Positions 1 to 11,766 of a stretch of 64,000 nt of DNA are shown here, one piece after another. The stretch's first letter is position 1. Every line of letters begins with the position of its first letter. The stretch comes from Magallana gigas (Eukaryota), in the NCBI RefSeq assembly GCF_963853765.1, contig NC_088854.1:18166001-18230000 (forward strand). The letters are read 5' to 3'. The position numbers and the translations under genes are program-made. The notes under the pieces were generated by a model. The model had not been told where the DNA came from. It saw nothing but the letters and a program-made list of their open reading frames with translations, and ran no database searches.

Positions 1-991
1 TAAAACCAATACAATTTCAACAACAGATTAATTTTCGTTTTAGCTTAATGTAAGATATATACAATGACTAAACGAAAATTTTGTTGTTTTAAGCGCAAAA
101 AAGCGGTTTAAATTTGAGATGTAATATTATAAAACCACAGCAGTATTGACCTACAGGCAGATTAAGTACTGTTCTATGAAAACGCGATCCAGTTATGTTT
201 AAGTACAAAAATGTCATCTCAGAATGCTGAATCATATTAAGTGATAATTTATTTAGGGTTTACAATACAGTAATTATACCTCTCTGACGCATCTAGCAAA
301 GAATGTTTAAATAGTAATTATGTGTTTTTCGATATTTATTATCTAAATACTAATCAACTACGCATTTTAAAATTTAACCCAGGTTATTGACTTTACTCTG
401 CGTCATCACAGTGGTTGTTTGCTCACGAATGATTTCAAAATGTTTTTAGTCTTTCTTCATGGTGCGGACAAGTTGCAAACCAAAGTAATCGTAAAAGTGT
501 TAGCAGCGTTCCATCATCAAGCAATTGGAATTGGAACAGGCATTTGCGGGTTTTAGAAAATATTTAATGAAAAGGAATCATTCTTTGAGTATTATAGGGT
601 GATCTTTATGGTTGTGATTTGATCAGTTGCTACGATTTTACATTATATAAAATTTTATATAATATAATAATGTAATACATATAATATACTGAATACGCAA
701 GTAACATCAATATAATTTCCTGCGGAACTAACGTATCTATATACTATACAGGTTGTTGGACAGTTATAAGAACAAACAAATTACGCATGATTAAAATAAA
801 TTTTGATCTGTAAACTTTTTAAATATTTTATTCGATTCAAATTTTCATATTTGATTTAAGCATAAACCAAAGACACATATTCAATGTTACTAAGACTTTC
901 TGATGATTAAAAATTCGTTTTCATTGGTACTTTTTTTTTTTTTTTTTTTACATTAGACTTATTTACAGCGATAATAAGTATAACATCTATA

Positions 992-1204
992 ACTGTATAC
1001 AAGGAAATACTCGCCCCCGTTTTATTTTCGCTCCTTTCTCTCTAAGTGTCTAATTGGCGAATTAAAGACTGGGCGAATGCAAATGCCTTAAATTTTCTCT
1101 CTTTTAACATAACCTTGTTTTGGAGATTCAAGACGAGGCAAAACCGCGTTTGCAAGTGTGGAATGGCGAAAATAACACTGGACGAAAATAACCCTGTGTA
1201 CAGT
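992..1204. mobile_element. ~213-bp MITE (non-autonomous DNA transposon)
   Basis: Ends ACTGTATACAAGG / CCCTGTGTACAGT are imperfect inverted repeats; interior has repeated GGCGAA(A)T / TTCGCC motifs; no ORF. Confidence 0.7.
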
Positions 1205-3968
1205 TTATGGTGTTTTAAGGAACTACTATATTGCGTGTTACAATTTTTTTTTTTTTTAAATTATACTAAATAACTGTATCTTCTCATACTGTAAACAAAT
1301 TGTATTCGACGATTTTTGGCGGAAATTTTCTTAATGAGTTAGGTGGAATGGAATTATTTTTTTTTCTAAATATTCCTATCCTTAAACATATATGCATGTC
1401 ATTTAGCTAGGTACTTACTTGATAAAGCCCAAGCCTTTTCTGCCGAACACGTAAAATGTAATACAGTCAGATGTAATACGTTTACAGTATTTGGTCGAAT
1501 AAAAAATCATTGCTGATGAAAGGATTATGACCTGTTACAGTGACATATCTAACTCTCCTAAAGGTCTCAATAAACATAGAACACTGTGCCGAATAATTAT
1601 GTCACAGCCAATGTGGCATTTTTACACCCGTCTAAGACGAAAGTATCGAAAAATTCAAATGTGTTTTATGATAGACCAATGCTTAAAGAGATTTTAACAA
1701 CTTTTGTTTTTTATGTATTTTAGTTACCTTTAAAAATATATTCCAAAAGGAAAATAATTTTTCCCGTAGGGAAAACAACTTTCCTATAAGATATAAGGAG
1801 ATATTAAATTTTTAAGAGGGTGCAAAAATGCTACCTTGGCAAACAGTGTCAAAGAGAAAATATAACATCTGGATGAATGTCTATTAGGTGTGGAAAATTG
1901 AACAGAAGTGTTCCATTACCTTTGACGATGCATATATTTTGCAATTCAGATTATCTTATATGCTTCTTTTAATAGCTAAATGTGTCTGTATTAATATTTA
2001 AATATCAATACAAAAAATATTATGTTGATAATTCATATCACGTAGGAATACAAATAAATCAAAAAGAATCTTACGAAGAACTCTTCCGGTTAGCTCAATG
2101 TCAAACTTTCTACTTTAATTTTAACCCCTAGGAAATTCTATACTACATGTAGGACTACATGTAGAAAGAAATATGTAGGGTAGAAATAATTTGACTCCGT
2201 CTCGCGTTAATTGTTTGTTATTTCAACATTCATTTTATCGAGATTCCATTAGGCATGTCCTGAGTGGTACCATTTGATCAATAATAAGGCAATCAATGAG
2301 GACATTGGCTACAACATGATAATGTGCATGTATCTATAGTATAGAGCTACCGCCATTTCTGACCCATGATTAGCTGAGATACCCGTATGTTGTTCTACTT
2401 GTTGATCTATAGAAGGACATATACAAAGTAATCCATCTTCTATATCTATTGATGTCTTGATGTCTTATTTAAACTGCTTGATTGTTCATTTTTAATGTCT
2501 CAGTCGAACACATTTTAAATAAACTCTACCACGGCTAAACTGATTGACATTTGATCGTGGTAAAGAACTAAAGATTATCGAATTAAAAAGACCTTTATCG
2601 TATTATGGACGTGTAACCTTTTTTTATCTTTGTTATATATGTAAGAAATATTTAAGTGCAATTTCAATTTAGTAATGGATTTTTCGTGATAAACTGTATA
2701 GTTAATGAATCATGATATAATCTAAAAATCAATCATCACACAAGATTATGTAATTATGCACAAAAATGAAATCAGAAGTCAAAGGAGCCATATTTAGTAC
2801 ATTTGTATGTTTGTACATTCAAACGTGTTTTTAAACAACATGCACGTGGTTAAACAACAAGAATATTCTTTTTGTTCAAGGACTCCATCCTTCATATCAG
2901 ACTTGTGCATGGTCTATAATTAATGCCCCTCTTTTGTACAAAAATATCAATAATGAATGCGGCATTCTATTTGGAGTTGAGGAGAATCCTCGGTAAACTA
3001 TTAACTGCATGTTGAAAGACCAGGATGCTGCTTGGCAAATGTTGATCTTGCTCCCGTAAGCGTTTAATTTCCGCAGATAATACTGTTTATTATAAAGTGA
3101 CAAATATTGACTTGTGTATATTTTCTGTCGAAACGATAATGAAAATGGATCAAAGGCATTACTTGGTGCGTAAGTAGCCGCTAATTGGTCAATGCACAAG
3201 TCAAACAATCGATGATTGCTCTATAAATAGTATTTTTATGTGCTGCAAAATAAATAAAACCATGATGATGTCAGTGTTATCATGGATTTGAAAAAGGACG
3301 AATCTTGCCTAAAGTTTAATTTGAAAAACGAGATTTGTCATGCTGTTTAACGTGAACACTGATAAACCTTCCAAAGAATCTGCTACCTATCTGAAACTAA
3401 TATTTTAACTAAATCTTCTCACTTCTCAGGAGAGAATGACACAAAATAATGTAGATAACTTTCCATGGAAAGTTTTGCTTTAAAGACATTAAGACAGGTC
3501 ATTGAGCGAAATTCTAGGAACATCCACTCGAAAAAAAGAAACAAAAAACAAAAGATAAAAATACAGGCTACAGCAAAAGAAAAGAAACAGTTTGTCATTG
3601 CGTGATAGTTCTACAAAGATAACAATATTGAGATTGTATTGATTATCAATCAGGCGCCATTAATCAAGTCACCATGCCACATCAACATGCATTACCTCGC
3701 GAAATAATTACAAAGAGCCGTGAAATAATTGCAAAGAGCGTAATTTCCGTCCATAATTAAGCAATAACGCTAAATATGTATTATAGTGACTTCAGATGAC
3801 CGGGATGATAATTATTTTAAGGTTACCATAACTGACGTTTTCGATGGAATTTCCTTTCAGAGGTTATATAATAAAATATATTTAAAATGTTTCTAAGTCA
3901 TAAGAAGCATCTCCTTTGAGCAATAAATACATCTTTTTCTGTATCTTTTTTTTCAGATAATCAAAAAG

Positions 3969-5687
3969 ATGGAAGATTCGTGGAAGAGCGACGTTGCTCT
4001 GCAAATTCACGACGCCCTGGAAGAGATGTACCGTGAATCACGTCATACTGACGTCAACGTCACAGTGGAAGACCGGACTTTCCGATGCCATCGGGCCGTT
4101 CTCGCGGCCGTGTCGCCTTACTTCGATGCCATGTTTTTATCAGGGATGAAAGAAAGCATCGACGGGGTCGTAAACTTACAAGGAATATCAAAAGAAAACT
4201 TCGAAAGTATCATCAAGTTTATCTACACAGGATCAAAAGTTGTCACTAAAGCAAACGCCGAGGAACTACTGAAAGCAAGTGCCCTTTTTCAGATCAAACA
4301 ACTACATGTTAAATGCGAACAGTTTCTTCTGGACAAAATAAACAACGAAAACTGTATTGGTGCTTGGAAGTTAGCAAAAACACACGAATGCCCAAATCTG
4401 TCAGAAAAGGCATGGGAGATTATTACGTTCAATTTTCAAGATATTTGTCGATCGGAGGATTTCCAGTGTCTGGATAAAGATGATCTGATAGAAATCATTA
4501 CCCATGATGATCTCCACGTCAGCAGTGAGGAACTTGTCTGTGATTCTGTATTCCGGTGGTATGCGACTGATCCAGAGGGAAGAAAGCAAGACACGATACA
4601 TCTGTTCGAGTATCTGCGACTCCCGTTACTTGGCTCGGAGTACCTACTACACGAAGTGGAACCTCTCGATATTGTCAACGAAAACTCGCGGTGTCGGGAA
4701 ATCGTGAAAGAAGCTATACAATATCAACTGCTGCCTTCCAGGCGATGGGACTTCAACTCCCCTCGCGTGGCTTTTCGAAAGTATGCATCTGTAGAAGACG
4801 TCCTTATCGTCATCGGGGGATACAATTCAGTCGGGGAGAAAGTGGTTGATATGTTAGCGTACAGCTTTATCCAAGCTAAATGGTTCTTTTTAACTCCCAT
4901 GCCTGTGCAGCTTGGAAGAGAGTTTGCAACCGTTGTTTACGGAAACGATATATTTGTATCAGGTGGATCTCAGAAACTCGATTGCCTGCTTCGGTACCGT
5001 GCAGAAAACAATGACTGGTACAGATGCACCTCTCCAGTTCAAGGCAGACGACGTCATGTAATGGTGGCGGTATGCGAAAGCATATTTGTTCTTGGGGGAT
5101 ATGACGACACAATCAAAGATGAAAATAAGCGCACTCTATCGTCTGTTGAAGAGTACCTCATTAACGCGCGAACTTGGAGAAAAGCTGGTGATATCGTGCA
5201 TGCTGTACGGTCCATGTCGGCCGCTGTATCAAAGGAAAAAATATACGTGTTTGGTGGTATTTTAGCAGATGACAAAGAGTCGGATGCCATTCAGTGCTTC
5301 GATACGCGTCTGTCAACAAGTTTAGTCGTGTCTTTCCTTCCATCCCCGTGCAAGTTATCAAAAACCGTGGTCTGTGATAAACACGTTTATATCGTATGTA
5401 CTGACGGTTCTCTTTTGGAAATGTCCGAGAAGGGAGATGTCAGCTGTGTTCATACTATGAAGTACTTTAACCGAAGGCGTTTTGGCGCACTTCACAGGAA
5501 AGGGGGCATATTACTGGTTGGCGGGGAGAGCGGCAATGCTATCAGTCAGAAAATCGTATTCCTGAATCCCGACAAAAAATGGACTGAGTATACCTATAGT
5601 ACTACTATGCCCGCAAGAGCCAATTTTGGAAGCCTAATTATCATTCTGCAGAAGAAATATCTGACTAGGACATTTAAATCGGATTGA
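3969..5687 (+). CDS. Kelch-like protein (BTB-BACK-Kelch, KLHL24/35-like), 572 aa, single coding exon
   Basis: BTB signature (TDVNVTVEDRTFRCHRAVLAAVSPYFDAMF), BACK region (NCIGAWKLA...LRLPLL), Kelch GG/W repeats (IVIGGY, IFVSGG, IFVLGGY, IYVFGG). Acceptor ttttcag at 3956 implies an upstream non-coding exon. Confidence 0.93.
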   Translation: MEDSWKSDVALQIHDALEEMYRESRHTDVNVTVEDRTFRCHRAVLAAVSPYFDAMFLSGMKESIDGVVNLQGISKENFESIIKFIYTGSKVVTKANAEELLKASALFQIKQLHVKCEQFLLDKINNENCIGAWKLAKTHECPNLSEKAWEIITFNFQDICRSEDFQCLDKDDLIEIITHDDLHVSSEELVCDSVFRWYATDPEGRKQDTIHLFEYLRLPLLGSEYLLHEVEPLDIVNENSRCREIVKEAIQYQLLPSRRWDFNSPRVAFRKYASVEDVLIVIGGYNSVGEKVVDMLAYSFIQAKWFFLTPMPVQLGREFATVVYGNDIFVSGGSQKLDCLLRYRAENNDWYRCTSPVQGRRRHVMVAVCESIFVLGGYDDTIKDENKRTLSSVEEYLINARTWRKAGDIVHAVRSMSAAVSKEKIYVFGGILADDKESDAIQCFDTRLSTSLVVSFLPSPCKLSKTVVCDKHVYIVCTDGSLLEMSEKGDVSCVHTMKYFNRRRFGALHRKGGILLVGGESGNAISQKIVFLNPDKKWTEYTYSTTMPARANFGSLIIILQKKYLTRTFKSD

Positions 5688-6579
5688 ATCAAAAGCAACT
5701 CAAACTTTTCTTTATGGTTTACTAAATGTGCTTGAAACTGATAAAGATTGAAAGCTTGGATGTATTTTTTAGCCATTTTGATTCTCAATTAAAATCAAAT
5801 TTTCTATGCATATTGGATGATTTTATTTTTGTTTAAAGTTTCAATTCATTAGATACATATGAACAGGTGAATAAGAATAAATGTACATATATATGTTCCT
5901 TTTGTTAATGCTTAATGAAAAGAAGTTAACCAAATCTTTGAATATTAGGGATCTGGCAACGAATTTCATAAAACGCATCCTTAACCTTAATCTCACTCTG
6001 GTACCTTTTTCGACTTCATTGACATGCGACAAAACAAAAGAAAATTACATCAACTAGGTTAATAAGAATGTAGGCCACTGTAATTCGTTTTAAAGATTAA
6101 GAAATCCCATGAAAAAAGACCTTTCATTATTAAGATTAATCTTTAATTCACATACAATTCCGTTATGACCTGTTGTCCCCGATTAATTTTTGGCACTGCA
6201 TGCTTTTACTATTAATGCTGTAACTGCCAGGACTAGAGAAGAAAACTCATTAATTAAAATTATAAGGTGTTAGAGTAATAAGTAGAGCACAACACCTTGG
6301 AGGATTAAAGTGCCCCATGATACCATTTGATATCAAGGAGTGTGTTTAGGATTGACTCGATGTGAATCGGCTGCGATGACTGTTTGAAACACCTACTGAA
6401 ATCCTACGCTTGACAAAGGCACATAGAAAAAAAATAGTCAAACAAACTTTGGAGTCAAGATACTTACATGCTGAGGTAAAAGAAAGAAAGAAAAAATTGT
6501 CGTTGAATTCAGTTGACACTTTGAGTGTTTTAATTAAATTATAAGTGATTTATTCCTTTTTTTTTCAGGCAAAGTCGAA

Positions 6580-7686
6580 ATGTCGCTTCTTTTTATTAAA
6601 ACCCAAGATCTAACATGGCAGGACAGAGCGCTAAACATCGAGGTCATGTTGGAACCAAAGAAAACACAGCTTCTATTCAAGAAAAATAAATCGCTTTCTA
6701 TGCGATGCGAAAAGGATCGAGTACGCTACGAAAAGCAAAAGAGAGCCTCAGTAAGGAACTACAAGACAGAGAAGAGGTATATGGATGAAAGGAACCAGGA
6801 GTTATACCTCATAAAAACCCAGAGATTCCTTCAAAGTATACCTCCTGACATGAAACAGCAAGTTTTAAGCCGACGTTCGTTTTCCATTAGTTTGACTAAA
6901 CTCGCCAAAGACATCAACGATGGAGAAGAGAACGCCCGAGCATCGGCTCCTCCTAACATGGTCGGCTGTATGTCTCGGGATGAAGGAACGATTTTGCCCG
7001 CAATCACCATACAAACACCGGAGCCACCAGCTATACCGGATCTGCCGATACAACAGGTCAAATCTTCCACGGGAGTTCGTCCTCGCAGGGATTCTTTCGA
7101 TTGGTCGGAGAGTAATTCTGATTCTAGAGCATCTAGCCGGATTAACACGCCGATTCCTAGTTACTTGCCTTCCGTACAGCAATCTTTGCCCAGCGGCATT
7201 ATGAAAACCAGGAAAAAGTCGGCAAACGCACTGTTTTCTGACAAAAGTGTTAAGTTTGCTGAAGAGAAAGTTGTAGAGGAGAGGCCTTTAAAAGATCAGT
7301 ATCAAGAAGAAAAATTAAGAATTGAGAACCTGAAGCCAAAAGTTCAGAGGAAAGTCAATTCTTTCCTGTTGGAGCAGAGTAGATTTAACAAAAGGGGTCC
7401 CATTTCAAAAACAGAGTTATCCGTGAAAAGCGTTGAAGAAACGAACGATATATGCGGTATTTCTAAACGTCGACTGGTCAGTGCTTTCGACGAATACTGT
7501 GAGCTGTCTAGCCAGGACAATTATCAGAAACTTGTAAAATACGCGACCAAGTATAAAGTAGCCTCTCAAATGTCGTCAAAAATTGTCCCCTCGGTGGACA
7601 CTGTGAAAGCTTCCCGGTCTTTTTTATCCATCCAGAATCCGGTGGGGTTGCAGACACAGAATAGGGGACTTGTGCAAATCTCATGA
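6580..7686 (+). CDS. Uncharacterised protein, 368 aa, paralog A (basic helical N-terminus, disordered middle, KSVKF motif)
   Basis: Long ORF in AT-rich DNA with an acceptor (tttttcag) 11 nt before ATG; ~32/71 N-terminal identities to 15164-16252 by manual alignment. Confidence 0.85.
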   Translation: MSLLFIKTQDLTWQDRALNIEVMLEPKKTQLLFKKNKSLSMRCEKDRVRYEKQKRASVRNYKTEKRYMDERNQELYLIKTQRFLQSIPPDMKQQVLSRRSFSISLTKLAKDINDGEENARASAPPNMVGCMSRDEGTILPAITIQTPEPPAIPDLPIQQVKSSTGVRPRRDSFDWSESNSDSRASSRINTPIPSYLPSVQQSLPSGIMKTRKKSANALFSDKSVKFAEEKVVEERPLKDQYQEEKLRIENLKPKVQRKVNSFLLEQSRFNKRGPISKTELSVKSVEETNDICGISKRRLVSAFDEYCELSSQDNYQKLVKYATKYKVASQMSSKIVPSVDTVKASRSFLSIQNPVGLQTQNRGLVQIS

Positions 7687-9488
7687 GATAGCAGCATGTT
7701 CATTTCGTAGCAATCGGTGTACTTTTGATATTTTAAAGAGAACAAAAACAGCCATGGAAAATTTGAGCAGAAAGCTGGCGATGATGATGTGTAAAATAAT
7801 ATTTTAATTAACAAATTAACAATGTCATTAAACGAATCACTAGAGAATGTGTATTGGGGATAGGTGGTAGAATATCACTTTAAGTTCAAACGAGAAACTC
7901 GAAGTAACAATATGAATATTTAAATTTTAGTATCATATGCATCTATAAAACATGTTATCAGATCTATTGAAATATCATCATGTCGAAATCGATGCCAGCA
8001 AAACGTTATCAAGTTTGACGGGTTTTTCTGTTCCAATTCACCTTGGCTACCAGGAAATGTTTTTAAAAATAGCTAATTTCAAATGCTTCGTATGTACCAA
8101 TCTCGTTTAGAATTCATTCATAGATTCGTTAATCTTGATTTTCATTAGAATTACTATCATGAATTGGTTGGTTATTACGCAGTTCAAAATCCATGGGTCT
8201 AAACTTCACGTTGATTCCAAGAACAGCTTGGATGTTTCTCATGCAGGATACATCATTCTTGTTATACTTTACTGACAAATCATACTTGACTGTTTCGTCT
8301 AAATAAGGAATGGTAATTTCGATATGGAGATTTTACAATGCAGATAACTCAAAATTTTATTTACATTTACTTTTAGGAGAGTCCTAAAAGTAACCGAAGA
8401 CATTTTTATAAGTTTCTTAAGCAATGAATTACAGATCTACCCTCACTGCATGAAACCGGTTGCTTTTTGTACTATTAAAGTTTATTTCTAAGTGTATTAT
8501 TTCCTTTTCATTACAATCACTACAACAAAGCCACTACTATATCAATACATGCCTGTACCATGAGATTAATCCCGCATGTGCAATCCACTATGTGCCGGAT
8601 TATAAGAAGAATTTTAATTTCTGTCACATGTGGAGATTACGATTCGTAATACCATTTAGGAGAGGATGAAGAATATTCCCTAGGGAATTAATTCGAAGGA
8701 TGGGATCGAACATTTTTAGGTGCTAATAAGATATGAGATATTCTAGCATATTGTTTTTTTTAGTTGTCAATACTATATGCTAGTGGTGGACAAAAAACAC
8801 AAGCAAGAATTAAATAAATATCATAAACACCCCTAGAAATAGTTTCAAAGGATCTTTCCTGCACAGTTTGGGCTTTAATTTTGTTGTACTTTTGGTATAG
8901 AATCTGGATAAGATTTGTATCCAGTGATGACAACAGACACGCAAAATATCCTTTTTTGGTTTTGTTGTGTGTTATTCGTTTGTTGTTTTTGTTGTTGTTT
9001 TTTTTTTTGGTTTGTTTGTTTTTTTTTTTTTTTACATTTGACTGTAAGTTTTATTTAATTTTGACAAGGTCAGTGCACGACACAGTGCACAGTTGCATGA
9101 ATACTTCATCTTATAGGTTTAAACATCGCTTTGTTAGGAGTGAGAATTGTATCGTCCTGTCATCAAGCATAAGCAGCGATTTATTGTGTGGCGAGAGTGG
9201 TCTGTTCTTGGTGTAAAATATACAGTGTACATGAATCTATTGGCATAATTTGCAATAAGTATTGGATTTTTAATCATTTAATCAAACAAGTTTAACTTAT
9301 TTGAATGCTTTGAATTTATTGAATAAGTAAGATAGATTTTTAGTCACATTGTTTCTGAATACTATTTTATAGTATTTTCCTTGGTACAAATGACAGGTGT
9401 TTAATCTTCGAAATGACCTAGATAAACTCAACACGTTAACATTCTTCATAAAGCAGTAAATACTTTTTTTTTCTTGAAAAGTATGAAC

Positions 9489-9552
9489 AAAGTCTGTATT
9501 TATGCCATAATATTTTCGTATAAAGTCTGTATTTATGCCATTATATTTTCGT
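9489..9552. repeat. 33-bp tandem duplication
   Basis: aaagtctgtatttatgcca(t)aatattttcgt occurs at 9489 and 9522 with one mismatch. Confidence 0.85.
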
Positions 9553-11600
9553 GCATTGACTTTCAATACTTTTTTTTTTATACAGAATCAAATCGCAACA
9601 AATGTTATAAAAACCATATACATGTATATACAACTACTACCACGTACGGCTATTTGATTAAAGCAAATAATTTCAGTCGAATCAATGGCAGATAAATTTA
9701 TCAATCACAAGCTGAATTATCAATCACAAGCTGAAATGAAAATCTTAAGAATTTTAAAAGATATTCATGTATATATTTTGTGTAATACTATCAAATACAC
9801 TGCCTCCAGCAAAGGTAATTGAATCAGATATTTAATCCACCAAACGATTAATCTGCGTATTGAATAATTTCTTCGTGTATAGGATTATAACAGGGTTTAA
9901 AATTTCTGTTAAGTGTAAGGATTTCATAGAAGTAGACATAAGACGAAGACAATCCCAAAAAATCGGAAGGGTGTGCTTGACATTTTCTGTGAGTCATTAA
10001 TTCATTAATCCCACAAATAACAGTATGTTGCCAATAATGGAGAAATAGTCATTCTTTTCATAGATTAATTAACAAGACTACACCATAGTTTATTACTGAC
10101 AAGGAAATTAATATAACGTCAGATCGTACGCTTTTTTAACACAGGCATGCTCATCAAAGGTGTTTACATAGAATTAAATGTTTACCCTTATGTATATAAA
10201 GTATGAATTCATGTATCACCCCAAAAAATGATATGAAATTTTCACATTTCATAAACTATATGTCTTTATAACAATAGCACAGATAAAATAAGACAATAGC
10301 GATTGAAATCAATTACCCAAGACTAAGCCTCAAAACAAAAAGGAGGTATTTTTGATGCTGGACGTGCTTCTTGTTTAATGGCCCCTTTTTGTGACGGATA
10401 TTGGTCTTAGTAACAGTCGCAAATGTAAAACAATTAAAATGGGTAGAATGATCATCGTGAAAGTCGTAAGGATGTCGGTCTCTGGATTGTTCTTATATGT
10501 AAGTTTCTCCTACTAATAGTTTCGACAACCCAGAACGACCCAAAAGATCTCGGCAAAATTCAACCAAACTGGAAGTTTTATCTAAAAAAGCAACAGTTCA
10601 AGTTCACTACATTTTTCTAAACCATTAATTTTTGGTGCCTAAATGAGGAAGAAATCAAGTGTCACTTTAGACCAAATTGCACAAAATACTCAAATTTAGG
10701 CCAGTCTTATTAACTAACAGTGGACATAATCCCCTCTTCCCAATGCCAACTTCAAAGTTAAATTGTACAATTTTCTATAAGTAAATCTTTCAATGAATTA
10801 AAACTCCATGCGAAGCACATGTACATGTGAATATAATTAATTTTCTTTCCAGTGACACGTAACTACAACGGACCAGAATTTCCATAGAATACTAGTAATT
10901 GAAATCATTTGTATGATATGGAAGTCTATGTGATATCAGCTGTAACTCCATATTTTTATGAAAAACTATTAAGGTTGTCTCTCTTACTTCATAGCTGAAC
11001 TGTTGAAGGTCCCCAACAAAAGATAGTAAAAGTTTTAAGAAATGCATTCACGCTATCTACATACATGTACTAATTCACACTATCTAGTCACAATATCATT
11101 AACCAATTAGCAAAAAATTAAACTGTACGGAATAAATTCAATAGCTACTCAGTTTATATAAATTGGGATGGTTGGAACAATTTAGGTTAAAATGCGGTTA
11201 ATACGATCTCTGAGCCTAAGCCATGTTCGATAACTCTAAATTATCCGGATTTTTTTTTATTCGTACCACAAATCTGCATTTTATATAGACAAAAATTAGT
11301 CTTGTAGTGTTAGAATTACGATCAGCAATGCTTGGCTTCGTGGATCCACGGATATATATTACATATACCCTAGAAAGGGGTTCAAGCCACCGATGCACCG
11401 GTGTTACCTTTTTGTATATTTATTCCATTATATCCACTGTGGGCAAATTTGTAATAACTTTGTAAAATTCATGTATACTATCAAAACTTTCGTTTTATTT
11501 CATTTTATCTATAAAGTTTGAAGGAAAAATAACATTTTTATAACGAAAAAAAAAATACTTTGAGGCTGAATTTCGGAGAACCCCAAGCAATAATATATAC

Positions 11601-11766
11601 CAATCCACAAAATCTAGTTGCAATATCATATATATCAATCTCCAATATTTAATAGCAATATCATTTATACCCGTCTCCAATATTACTAGCAATATCATAT
11701 AATGCACAATATCTTGAAGCAATAGCATGTACTAATCCACACCATCTAGTTGCAATATCATATACC
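11601..11766. repeat. Degenerate minisatellite, ~33-bp period
   Basis: Recurring (cta)gttgcaatatcatata / tagcaatatcat units about five times. Confidence 0.6.

Noticed and set aside
2897-3208. 103-aa minus-strand ORF
   Set aside because: No recognisable motif, TTG start, and no convincing splice context.
3458-3473. 16-bp perfect palindrome ACTTTCCATGGAAAGT upstream of the Kelch gene
   Set aside because: Isolated and not a match to a binding consensus I can name; no support for function.
4401-7814. Short antisense or alternative-frame ORFs over the Kelch and paralog A genes (and those over 51091-53631)
   Set aside because: Shadows of real coding sequence with no independent features.
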